Shown one piece after another: positions 42,347 through 54,089 of a stretch of DNA of 64,000 bases. The first letter of the stretch is position 1, and each line of letters opens with the position of its first letter. The notes below the pieces were generated by a model. That model did no database searches. It saw only the letters and a program-made list of their open reading frames with translations, and had not been told where the DNA came from. The translations under genes were made by a program, and so were the position numbers. The DNA is from Cirrosporium novae-zelandiae. Taxonomy: Eukaryota. The DNA is taken from contig JAPETS010000016.1 of assembly GCA_026023565.1 (NCBI GenBank), positions 496,001 to 560,000 of the forward strand, in the 5' to 3' direction.

Positions 42347-44927
42347 ATGGAGAAACGCGGTACAAACGTGGCCGCGGCAAGAAACTCTGGCCAGCGGAAA
42401 AGCAAGGCGACTCCACAGCTTAGTTGCGAGCTTTGTCGCGAGCGCAAGGTCAAATGTGACAAGCTCGAACCCTGCACCAACTGCGCATCGTCTGGCGTCG
42501 TCTGCGTCCCGATTCACCGGCTACGGCTACCGCGAGGCCGGCATAGGCACCGCTCCCGTCAGACGTCGCCGCCGCCAGCAGTTCAGGTGCCCGCCCACGA
42601 CGTTGTCGCCGTCGATGGGGACCTCAACAGACGCATCCGTAGGCTCGAAGCCCTTGTTGACAGCATGAGCTCGGTGATGACAAGGGCGGACACGGCATCA
42701 GGGGAATCTCGAGAACAGGTGAGTTAAAATAAGCATATCACTTTTTAAGGTAATAATCGCCATGCTGATAAAAAGGGCTGAGAACGCTTGCCGCAGTCCG
42801 TCGAAGGCCCTGACATACAGGTCATCACTTCAGCTTGCGCAAGCACCACAACATCAGGTCCAGCGGTTTCCAACGGCACTAAGAAGCAAAGTCTTTTGAT
42901 ACAAGGGCCCGATCACTTCTGGGCGGACTTGGTTAAAGAGGTAAGAGAGATCATATTCGTGAATGATGTGAGCACATATACCTGGTGACTAGCATGCTGA
43001 CCTGGCCCCCATAGATACATGGGCTTCGCGACGTCATAAAACCAGCCCCAGGTGAGGCCGAGGAGGAGAGCGCGCAAGCACCAAACCCTGCTCAAATCGA
43101 CTCGGTCGACGGCGGTATAAGGGTCCTAGGCTTATGTGGGTCAAGCAATCCGCCCCTAGGCCCACGGAATTTTGCTTCTGACCGGGTCGATTTATCTTGC
43201 GACAAGGTGGCTACAAGTCAATTATGTCAGGTCTATCTCCGACAGGTTGACCCCATCATTAAAATCCTCCATCGACCGTCCCTGACCAAGTGGATGCTGC
43301 AAGGAGAAAGGTACCTAGAGTATCCAGATAGGCACGCGTCGGTTGAGGCCTTGAGCTCGGCAGTGTGTTACTCCGCCGCCAACAGTATGACAGAAAACCA
43401 ATGCCAGGCAATGTTTCACACCAGCAAGTCTAGCGTCGTAGCGGACTGTCAGAGGGCATGTGAGGCCGCAATCGAGAGGTCAGGCTTACTAGCTACACGA
43501 GACATTACTGTTCTTCAAGCTTTTGTCTTATATATTGTAAGTGCTCACTTGCTTTGCAAAGCCATAACATCAGAGGAAGAGGGTTTAACATTTCGCGACT
43601 TTGTGCAACCAAGGTTGCCAGGAGATCAGAAGACCGAAGTAGGGCCGTGTGGACCTTGATCGCGGTGGCCGTAAGGATCGCAAAGGCCCTCTGCCTCTAC
43701 CTGGACCCAGATGGGGAGACGGGACAAAGCGAGACCTTCTTTCATCAACAGATACGAAAGCGCCTTTGGTTCACTATCTGCTTGATAGACCTCCAGGCTT
43801 CCTTCACCCAATCCTCGGAACCACTTGTCAGCCTCGAGGAGGTGTCGTCTTTAACTTTACCAAGACACATCAACGACTCCGACTTCGACTCGACCACAAC
43901 ACACGAAGTCCCCGACAAAGAGGGGCTCACCGACATAACCTTTGCACTTGTCACGTACCAGGTGCAGCTAAACGGGCGCATGCTCAATTTTGCCAAGTAC
44001 GAAGAGAAGAGTGATGGTGATAGTAGCAACAGCGGACAATCCGTGACGTCGTCTTCATTAAACATGATGTCGAATCAGGAGGCGCAGCAGCAACATGTGC
44101 AGCGATTCGAGCAAGAAGTTCTTGGGCTCATGCACTTCTGCGACCCAGAGTCCTCCACATTCGCTTGGTTCGCATGGCACAGTACACAGTGCTTCGTGGC
44201 AGGGATGCGGCTTTCTGCACTGCGTCCGTTTCGGCCTACGCGTAGGGGCAACCAGGTGCCGCTACCGCGCATGAAAGATAACACGGAGCTGCTACGGTTA
44301 GCGCTACACGTTCTCGAGAAAGCGCAGCTAATGCACACAGATCCGCGCGGCGAGGGCTTCCGCTGGTACATAACGATCCCGTGGCACCCCCTGGCTATCG
44401 CCACCGCCGAGTGCTACGTTTGCATCGACACGGCCCTTGTGCGCTGTGCCTGGCCGCTTGTCGAGGCGTCGTACCAGCAGCATGAAGCTATTATTGCTCG
44501 GTATAGCGGCGGTATATTACGGGGCCCATTGGGAAAGCTAATGCGTCGGACGCGTGAAAAGCTGGCGGCGCTCTTACATGATAATCATGATGTGAGCTCG
44601 AGCTCGAGCTTCGATATCGTCAGTAGCAGCGAGGCTCAGGTCTCCTCTACGTTACTATCGAGACCGAATACTACTGCCTTAGGTGAAAGTCTGGTTGACT
44701 CGCCTTGGGCAACAACAACTATTTCACCTGTAAATTTAGATTTAACATTTAAAGAAGCCTATGATTCATCAACGCCGCTGTTTCCGCAGCAGATATGGAA
44801 CCCGACTTCGTTATTATTAGAGAGTCAACCTATTTTGGGCGCTGAAGTGCCCATTGCAGGCTTGTCTCCTTCGCAGGACGTGTTAGATCAGTCTCAGAGG
44901 ATGTGGGAGGAATTTATGTCTATGTGA
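42347..44927 (+). CDS. Zn2Cys6 transcription factor with fungal-specific TF domain (secondary-metabolite-cluster type)
   Basis: [27 protein letters not shown]; exons 42347-42718, 42797-42940, 43015-43536, 43614-44927 stay in frame; [13 protein letters not shown] and [15 protein letters not shown] motifs. Confidence 0.92.
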
Positions 44928-44965
44928 AGGCGGCATTTTAGTACTAGGGGATGTGGTAAGGTAAC

Positions 44966-45140
44966 CGTCACGACGCTTAGGATATGATTCTTATACGGCT
45001 CAATCTGGGTGTATGACTGATGTGGATATTGATAACTAAGGGCCTAGAATCTAAAGTGCAAGGTCAGAGATCTATATAAACGAAGTCATGTAACCTAAGG
45101 CCACACGACATCACGTCCATATGGCTTAGCATCCGTGACA
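44966..45140 (+). mobile_element. Solo LTR-like element, 175 bp
   Basis: Ends (C)GTCACG...CGTGACA, internal TATATAAA near 45073, flanked by direct repeat GTAAGGTAAC (44956-44965, 45141-45150). Confidence 0.7.
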
Positions 45141-46010
45141 GTAAGGTAACTATATAAAAAAAAACAATAGCAAAATAACATCTCATTCGCATACTACTCT
45201 ACTCGCATACGACGAATGCCCTTCAGCTTAGCATGTTTTAACAGTCTAACGTTTCCCTTTCGGGAAGCCTGAGGCATAGATGTGGCTTGACATCCGTCGG
45301 GTTGACGCTAAGCTGCCGCTTTCTTAAAAACCGACCAACGCTTTTAAAAATAATTCGCTCGGATTTTAACCATCAACATTAACGTCAACATGCATAGCTG
45401 CCTGCCTATATGCAAACTTCAAGGATCTATTCGATAAATTTCCAGAGAGCTTGAGGGATCCTTTCTTGTTTTTTATTTATCCCACGCAACTAGCTCAGGC
45501 CTACTCGAGTAGATTGGGAGAAAATTAATAATAGGTCTGTTTATTGGTTTGCAATGTAATGCTTATAGGTTTTAAGCTGAGTATGCATGTCCTGAGGAAG
45601 AAGAAAAAGAAGAAGTTTAAAAACATCCTCGGCGAGATGTCCGTGCGTGGGGTATTAGTAGGTAGGTTCATCTTTATATTCAGGGGTCGAGAAGTCCAAG
45701 CCAAGTATAGCGACTGAGGTGAAATGAACTGTTGGACTCTATGAAACTAAACTAAGTTTGCTCAATGTCAACAAAAGAAAGTGGAGCGTTTTTGTCGTCG
45801 TGCGAGAAATAAAGGTAGTTATATTCAACTCGGCTGGCAGCTGAAGAGTCTGATATAGGAGTCTGAGGATAGCAGGTTGCATCTTTGTATGGGTATGATG
45901 GATGATGGTCTGAGGATAGAAGTCTGGTGCTAGTTGGATTGGTTGGGGGAGGGGAGGGCTGCACGAGTGAGAGATTGTTGGCCTTGATAGAGAGGAGAGC
46001 GGAGTGACTA

Positions 46011-46069
46011 AGAGTTCCCGATGTTGGATGCCATAAATACCAGGTTGGGTTCGATTCCCAAGAACTCTA
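46011..46069 (+). other. tRNA-like structure lacking a D-arm, with consensus B box
   Basis: AGAGTTC (46011-17) pairs with GAACTCT (46062-68); TTGGG-TTCGATT-CCCAA (46045-61) is a perfect T-arm; only 27 nt separate the acceptor 5' strand from the T-stem. Confidence 0.5.
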
Positions 46070-46541
46070 GTGATTGGTCACACTGATATCAGTGTTCTTC
46101 TCTCGAGATTCGATTTTTTCGTATAGTGATCTGCAGCCTGTGATGCTGATCAAGTTCCGTACTCGACAACTTGGTAAATGACATGAGGTTGAGACTCGAG
46201 AACACGGGGCGCCATGATGCAGCTGTATTTGTCCTTCTATCAAGGTTCTATGGCCCGAAGCTTCCTTCAAAAAAAACCGCTAATCCGATCACTTTTTTGG
46301 TATTCTGAATAAGGGGAGCATCATCGACCGCTAAATCTATTTTGGAGAAGAATGTCCAATAGTCGATCGAGTTTCCTTCTATAGGTGGTTGGGTGTTAAA
46401 GCTTCCTATTGGCTCTCGGGTTTTGAGGTCTGTCAAAATCCGAAAAGCACATTCTAGCCAACACAACAAAAATATATTAAAGGTCATCGAGATCCCAAGA
46501 GAAGTGAGGGAAATGGATAATAAAGCAGCCAACAAACCACC

Positions 46542-48209
46542 ATGGCTTATTCGACACAACCTGCGATCGAGATGGCCCAAGAGAAGCAGAATCCCTCCAA
46601 GTCAGAGATAACAATCTGCGCAGGAGACACAGCAGCAGCAGCAACAACTAAGAATCGAGATATACATTCCGAAGAGCAAGACAAAGACCTAGAGGTGGCA
46701 GGGTTGCCTGCGGCAGACATCGACGAAGAGCCAAAAGACCCAGATCTCGTCACTTGGGACGGACCTCAAGACCCCGCGAACCCGATGAACTGGACTATGA
46801 AGAAGAAATGGGTCCTTACTGTCCTTATCTCCATCTTCACCTTTATCTCACCCGTCTCATCGTCTATGGTGACGCCGGCCCTGACGATACTGGGCAAAGA
46901 CCTCGGCATTCAGAGCGAGATCGAAGTGGAAATGGCCCTATCCATCTTCGTCCTCGGCTACGCCGTTGGGCCCCTTTTCTTCGGTCCCCTCTCCGAGGTT
47001 TTCGGCCGCGCCCGCGTCTTGCAGCTCAGCAATCTGTTCTATCTGGCTTGGAACCTCGGTTGCGGATTCGCACAGAACAAGGCTGAGATTTTCGTGTTCC
47101 GCTTCTTTGCTGGCATCGGCGGGAGCGCCCCACTTTCCGTTGGAGGAGGAGCTTTGAGGTGAGAGACACAGACCCGACTTGGCCTCCTTGGAGAGCTTTC
47201 TTTTACTAAAACGCTGTGTGCATTATTTAGTGACATCTGGGTCCCAGAGCAACGCGGAAAGGCCGTGGGCATCTACAGTCTCGCGCCGCTCTTCGGTCCT
47301 GTCGTCGGACCGATAGCCGCAGGGTTCATTGCCGAGAGAACAACATGGCGTTGGGTCTTCTGGTCGACCAACATTGTGGCTAGCCTTATCCAAGTAGCCG
47401 GCTTCATCTGGCTGCATGAGACGCATGCACTCACCCTCTTGAAGTGGAAGCGGGAACGTCTTGTCAAAGAGACGGGAAATGACAAGCTACATACTGATGC
47501 TGACTCGACCAAAGGCCTCCTCAGAACCCTTGGCGGCGCCTTGGTACGACCGTCACGCATGCTCGCGACTCAACCGATCGTGCAGATCATCGCGCTGTAC
47601 ATGGCCTACCTCTTCGGGCTAACCTACTTAATCACGGTGACGTTTCCAACCATCTGGAGCGACGTGTACGGCGAGAGTCTCGGGATCGGCGGGCTCAACT
47701 TCATCTCGTTAGGCGTGGGCTCCATCTTGGGCGCGCAGCTCAGCATGCGCTTCGTCGACCGCATTTACCGCCGGCTCAAGGAACAGAACGGCGGCGTTGG
47801 CCTACCTGAGTTTCGCGTTCCGTCTATGTTTGTCGGGTCGGTCCTCATCCCCATCGGCCTCTTCTGGTACGGCTGGAGCGTACAGGGCCGTGTGCACTGG
47901 ATCATGCCTAACATCGGCATCGCTTTCATCTCGGGTGGGACAATCGTGTGCCTGCAAGGCATGCAGGGCTACATCATCGACAGCTACACGCGCTTCGCTG
48001 CTAGTGGCCTCGCCGCCGCCGTTGTCCTCCGTAGTCTGGCTGGCTTCGGCTTCCCGCTCTTCGCTCCATACCAGTACGAGCGTTTGGACTATGGATGGGG
48101 CACTAGTGTCTTGGCCTTCATCAGCATCGCTATTGGCATTCCGGCTCCGTTCATGTTCTATGTATTTGGACCCAGGCTGCGGGCCATGTCGAAATATGCA
48201 GCTGGCTAA
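46542..48209 (+). CDS. MFS drug:H+ antiporter (DHA1 family) efflux pump
   Basis: Exons 46542-47158 and 47231-48209; VTWDGPQDPANPMNW, GPLSEVFGRARV (motif A), WRWVFW, PEFR, LRSLAGFGFPLF; many hydrophobic segments. Confidence 0.95.
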
Positions 48210-49049
48210 AGCTTGAGAAGCTACTCGTGGTGTGCTTCTCGTCACACGTCAAGAGACACTCTCCGAGCTCCTCAAGCACTTCATTAGTCTGCTTAGATTT
48301 TCTATACCATAGCCACGATTTATCACAAGTCGAGTTTGTGACTAGCTAGACAAGGCTGAAGTCCCCTTCTCGACTTACATTTAGTCCAACAAGTATTAAC
48401 AAAGCATTGGTTTCAGGGACTGGTTTTGTAATATGATGTTCATCTCTGTAAATATGTATAATTAATAATACACCCTACTCAATTCAGATATCTTATATCA
48501 GACGTTATTACCTCTAAGCATTAGGATACACCTAATGCACAACACACAGCCGCGGGGCCCACAGATTCCCCAAGATATCGTCAATCAGAGCGCCATTATT
48601 GTGCTTACAGCTCTCATAAGTGTTGGAGAGTGTTGGTCCCCCATCGCAATGGCCTTGGTCAGGTGACCCACAAATTGTACTATGTATATTAAACTCCTAG
48701 ACCAGAAGAATGAACATTATACCTCTGCAGCAATGAGACCCCGGCGAATGGCACATTAGATACACGGTGATTGTTGTCAACTGCAAAGGCAGTACCTAGG
48801 CTACAGGCAGTGTAGCTAACGTACCTAGATAGGTAATGATGATTGATAGCCGTTGACCTGATGAGGCAAGTAGCGTGCGTCCTTCAATACTCATAGATAA
48901 ATGGTTGTGCCGCCGTGTAGTAAGAGTCTAAGCGTAAGCGCTCGACGTGGGTGTATGGTATAGGTTGCCTTGATAATAAATATTTTTTGATGTTTATGTG
49001 AGAATGGGAATGGGCAACGTTTTATGCAAGTATATCTGGTCAGCGTTGG

Positions 49050-49050
<1 letters not shown>

Positions 49051-49110
<60 letters not shown>
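49051..49110. repeat. (GTT)n microsatellite
   Basis: Uninterrupted trinucleotide run. Confidence 0.95.
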
Positions 49111-49152
49111 AGTTTGAGTTGAGCTGAGTTGATAGATACTACGTATCTAAGT

Positions 49153-49347
49153 CAGGGAAGGGAATAGACCAGACCAACCAGAACCGAGCTTTTTCCACAG
49201 GCCGATCAAGAGTCAAGAGCCTTGATTGTTCCAAAGTCTAATTATTTGGTTGGTTGGTAATTATATTATGTTATGTGACTGATGGGTCTATAGAGCAACC
49301 AAACCAGGGCCCTTAGTCGGGTCGGTCCAGTTCTATTCCTTGAGCTG
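49153..49347. mobile_element. Putative hAT-type MITE, 195 bp
   Basis: Left end CAGGGAAGGGAATAGACCAGACCAAC; right end (reverse complement) CAGCTCAAGGAATAGAACTGGACCGAC; 8-bp flanks ATCTAAGT / ATTTTATT match at only 5 of 8. Confidence 0.45.
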
Positions 49348-49445
49348 ATTTTATTTTACTTACCCTATCTTACCCGCCTATCTATCTAGATATATATAGA
49401 CAAGTAAGCTAAGCTAAAATAAACAAAATGAATATAGATATTCAC

Positions 49446-49466
49446 TATATCCTAGGCGTCGTGACA
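49446..49466 (-). mobile_element. Short fragment of the same LTR family as 44966-45140
   Basis: Reverse complement TGTCACGACGCCTAGGATATA matches the LTR start CGTCACGACGCTTAGGATATG at 18 of 21. Confidence 0.55.
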
Positions 49467-49919
49467 GAATTAAAGGTGTTAGAATTTCCTTTTCCTTTTC
49501 CTTTCTTTTTTTCTTCCTATCGTAGTACTTACCTCCTACTACCATAAACAGTAATAAATAATAAGGAAGGCGTATATATGTAGAGTATCATACATACACT
49601 TACTAGGAACTAGACACTAGATGCTAAAAAAGATATTGGAACTTTTTATACCTTCCCCCCGTTTTATAGGCATAGAAACTCGAGTCTCGACGTGGGTGGG
49701 GGTGGGTGAAGAAGTAAGCTCTTTACCTGCCTAGGCTTTAGAGCTTAGCATTTAGCCCCTCCCCCCCCACCACTATCACCATTACTACCCTTCTCTAACC
49801 ACCATGTCCACTTCACTATGAATGGTATGCGAGTATGCTATAATAAGAAAAGAAAAGATATCGTTGGTATTTATATTTATTTATTTATCGGTAAATAACT
49901 CGGCCACCACCTTCGAAGA

Positions 49920-50657
49920 TCATCTATTGCTCCTAAACCCTTTCCTCCCCATGAATTTATAAATCATTCTCGCTCTCGCTCTCGCATCTCTGACGCCAGA
50001 ACAATGAAAACAAGAACACCCATGCCCATGTCCAGATGCCCATCTTGCCCTCGCATTTCTAACCTTCAAACAACCAAAACAATCACACCCCATCCCATGC
50101 GGATCATTTCCCTTCCATACTCCCCTCTCATTTACAATACTCAAACAAGTGAAACAACAACAGAAAGCCCCATGCTCCATATTCTCATTGTCAGTCCCCT
50201 TTACAGCCTCACCCTTATTCTTCTTCTCAACCTCACCCTCCTTCTCATTCACACCTTCACCCTCAACCTCACCCTCAACCTTGACCCGAACTTCCCCAGG
50301 AAGCAGATTCCTTGCCCTCCTTATTGCCTGAAGCTCCCTCCCTTGGATCACACACGGAAAAGGGTATGTCCATGGGTATCCGTTTATTGGATTCCCGTTC
50401 CCGTCTGTGAAGGCCCGAATGGCGGGGACGGAGTGGATGGGGAAGAGAGGGGAAGTGGTGAAGTCGAAGAGGGGGGCATCTAGTGGGGAAGAGGAGGAGG
50501 AGGAGGATGCGGCACCGGATGGATCCTCGTTTTGGATCTCCGGGTTGGTGTGTTCTAGCTTGATATTAGAGCTATGGGAAACAAAAATGGTTGCATGTTG
50601 GGTGATTATTTTACCTGAGCTGTTGACGAGTGCTGGTGTAGGGGTGGAGGACGACAT
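49920..50657 (-). CDS. Hypothetical protein with three HG-x2-C-x-CF-x-C repeats
   Basis: 245-aa ORF with plausible start (acaATGt); repeats HGAFCCCFTC, HGMGCDCFGC, HGHGCSCFHC conserved at the amino-acid level. Confidence 0.6.
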   Translation of the reverse strand: MSSSTPTPALVNSSGKIITQHATIFVSHSSNIKLEHTNPEIQNEDPSGAASSSSSSSPLDAPLFDFTTSPLFPIHSVPAIRAFTDGNGNPINGYPWTYPFPCVIQGRELQAIRRARNLLPGEVRVKVEGEVEGEGVNEKEGEVEKKNKGEAVKGTDNENMEHGAFCCCFTCLSIVNERGVWKGNDPHGMGCDCFGCLKVRNARARWASGHGHGCSCFHCSGVRDARARARMIYKFMGRKGFRSNR

Positions 50658-53600
50658 TGTAGATGGTTAAGAGGAGCGGTAGGGATAGGTGATGTTGGAT
50701 ATCGGGACTTGTCTTGGTTTCGAGTTGGTGTCTAGGATATGGTCGGTTTGGATGTTGCGAGGTAGGTAGTCAGGAGATTGTATGGTATATATGCAGATCT
50801 CTGTTCTGATGGTTATGAGAATTTAAAAAAAAAAGAACAAGAAGAGCAGGCCGTAGCCCCCTTTAAATAATCCAAAATCCATAGTTCTATTCTGAAGTAA
50901 ACTAAGCACATGATAAGGTCTTACCGTTCTTGAGAAAAAGGGAAAGATCTAGGTGTTCGGACTCTCAGTCCTGCTCCGACGAAATCATGACTGTCTGTCT
51001 GCCGGGAAGTCACTAGAGTAGAGCAAAAGTTAGATTAAGTTATGGAATCTATACATTCCAAGAGCACAGCACACCGACAAGTCTAAGCGTCGTAGATTAG
51101 AACCAGCTATCCGGGGCTGCCCATATGTGGCTTTAAAGTAAGTTATCTTCATTGGGACAGAAATAGCACCGTGGGAACCCCACAGGAACAGTCACTACTC
51201 CGAGTGGCAGACAATTCACACAGCGTTGAAGTATAAACTGGTCGAGACTGCTCATTATCATTTGCCGGTCTGGCATATTCGTTTCCCTAATTTATGACTT
51301 CCTGTTCCAGTGCCTTCAAGTCGCCGTACTTCAGGATTAGATTACCATTAATCTTCTCCCGTAAAAGTTTAAGCTCTATGAAAACCCAAACCCGACAAGC
51401 GATCCCGGAAATCGCACTGGGCGGACTATCATATGTTCTTAGATGTGTTCGGAATACAGCCACGGTGCCACGGATCATGTGGTTATTTTGGTAGAAAATA
51501 AGAAACAACTTCGGTATAGAGTAGAGCCGGGTTCAAACCAACAACTCCCGGTCATTAATGGCAGGAACGTGTACCCAGAGGGGCAAACCGCCCATGCTAG
51601 TTAGGCATTCGCCTCATTGAATTACTTGAACTGGAAGAACAATCGTTGCATAGTCATTTAAAGAAAGGAAATAGAGAAACTAAATATACATATTTACATG
51701 TATATACACCTAGGGAGTAATGGATGGGATATATGTATATACGCGGACATGGAGGTTGAGCAAGCAGATCAAGAACCAATAAACAGGTGAACGGAGGAGT
51801 AAAAAATTCTAAGGATACTGTCTTCTGGCATGGAATCAAGGATCAGAAGCCAGAATGCTGCTTGGCAACCTAAGTCCAAAGGCAAATAAAAAAAGCCTAA
51901 TAAAAATCCCCGTTCCCCAAAAATAATAAAAGCAGTAATCTCAAAAGTAGCATCTTCAATAACTCCAAAGCGTCCAAGCTTTTTTTTACAAAATGGAAAG
52001 AAAAAAGTAGCATATGACAAACCAGAGAGAATAAGCAAAGGGAGTTGAACACCTAGTCTTCTAAAACGCCGGATCGATCCTCAGTAAACACCCTCTATGG
52101 TAGAGAGCCTAACGTTTACCAATTTTGCCACAGATGCTACTAGCTAGACCTGAAAGCAGACCTTGATGTTCAGGAAAGATGTAAAACGAAGCCACCCCGG
52201 AGAATATTGATGAAATAGGGTTTCTTTGAAGGGATTCACCGGGGTTGAGGCTGTTGCTTGTCTAGCATAGACTTCTGTCGATTCGAAATGAGGGTGCCAA
52301 GGTCTATCCTTATCAATCCAAGTAAGAACACTAGTGGGCTTCTTGTGGTGTGACCTAACTTAATCAACTGGGTGCTGCCGCCAACCAGTCAGCCATTTCT
52401 TCTTATTCTTTCGAAACTACCTGTCACACCTAGTTGCATCTCTTTTTACTGTAAATAAGTTAACAGACCCACCCAAGTCACGATGATCGATTAATATCAC
52501 AATACAACAGTATTCATATAACAGAATATCCACCGACCTTCAAGGAAACACACCTAACTCCATAATTTTAATTCTCAAAGAGATGATAAAATTATTTTCT
52601 TAATTGCATTTCTATCATCCAATCCACTTATTATAAGCAAGAAAAGTATCACACTTATCTCAATCATCAAGGTGTCCCTGTCGTTTATAGATTAAAGAGC
52701 TTTTAATCATATCATATCAGCATTAACAGAATATATACCTTTAGAAACCATCCCATCGCACCAATTGCAAAAAGATTTAAACCATCACCTATAAGAATAA
52801 GTACTTGAAAATGGGGGTATGAATATCAACGATTTTCAATTAAAAAGAAGAAGAAAGAATGAGTTGGACTTCAACTTGATTATACGTACCTATGTCGTTA
52901 GAGATGAGGTTGAGGGAAGCTCATCGGGTTGGTAATCGACGTTGCATTTCTGCTAAGTTTAATTGGTTGGTTGGTTAGTTGCATGAGAGGGCTTGTGCAA
53001 TTATTGTGGGTCCTATTCTATTCATACTCAAGTACTTTGTACTGTACTGTGAAGTGCATTAAGATCAGATAAGATAATGGTAGGGTAGGACATCATTGAT
53101 TACTTATTTATCTAAGAGCACCATCAGGTGTTGATAAACCAATTAATTGATTATTACTTTAATTTTATATGAAATTATATATAATTAACTATGTTGTTTA
53201 CGTCAATTCAATTGCTTCTTGAGTTTTGTCTAGATTAGAAATAGCTAGATATGCCTCTTCGCCCTTTCGGGTTCTCCTTCATGGTTATCTAGCCAATATA
53301 GATGGAGTAGCATATAGGGAAGCCTTTATGACTAGGGCTGGAGTGAAAGCCATTGGCGGTGCTGGTGTATCGGTGATGGGTACGATGGCTTTGAGGATAC
53401 TGTTAGATTGATCCTTGGATAGCGCCTACTCCACGGGCGGTTGGTATCATCTCTAGCGCAGGTGGTGTTGTAGGAGGTGTGAGACCAAAGCCTATGACAG
53501 CCTGAATCAAGTTGGCATATGAAGGTGTAGGCAAAATCTCCAAGCAACCACTAGCAAGTGATATCAAAGCCAGTTTTGAAGTGGTAGGTCACAGAAAATA

Positions 53601-54089
53601 TCACTTTATTCAAGTGAAAAGAAATTTAGGGAGTTTCTATAGGATGGGTAATGGTCCTAGAGGTCCATTATTGCTATCCTTGATCCAGAATTTCCATTTT
53701 CTGCTCAAGGATCCTCCTTCTCCACACAATAACTATGATAGTCGAGGATAGCAACCGTGAGCTTGTTTCGAGGCTGAGATTGCTGTTTAGTTCCATCTCG
53801 ACAAGATATGAACACCCTCTAAGCATATCGGTTTAAATGAGCTCCCCAGTCATAGTCTCTTGGGTATCTTGAAAATAAAACGTATAAGTGCCCTTGTCAA
53901 ATCGAGGCTTCAAGATTAGTACAAGTTCTGCGGTTTCATACTAGCTCTGAGATCGACGACAACCGTGACAAAAGACTCCACCGATTTTCCCGGAACCTTG
54001 CTTTGGTATATAGTTAATAACCACAACCTTATTGTAGGTCTCGAATCTCAAAAATTTGCCTTGCGTGGAGCGCGTAAAGTACTGGACCA

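Noticed and set aside
42776..42781. Apparent in-frame TGA in the island TF if AAAAG 42775 is the acceptor
   Set aside because: The CAG acceptor at 42796 is in frame and skips it, so pseudogene status is unsupported.
37000..49500. Starship giant transposon as carrier of the island
   Set aside because: No tyrosine recombinase captain gene or other Starship hallmark recognised.
51519..51605. Minus-strand degenerate tRNA-like sequence
   Set aside because: T-loop mutated and acceptor stem does not pair.
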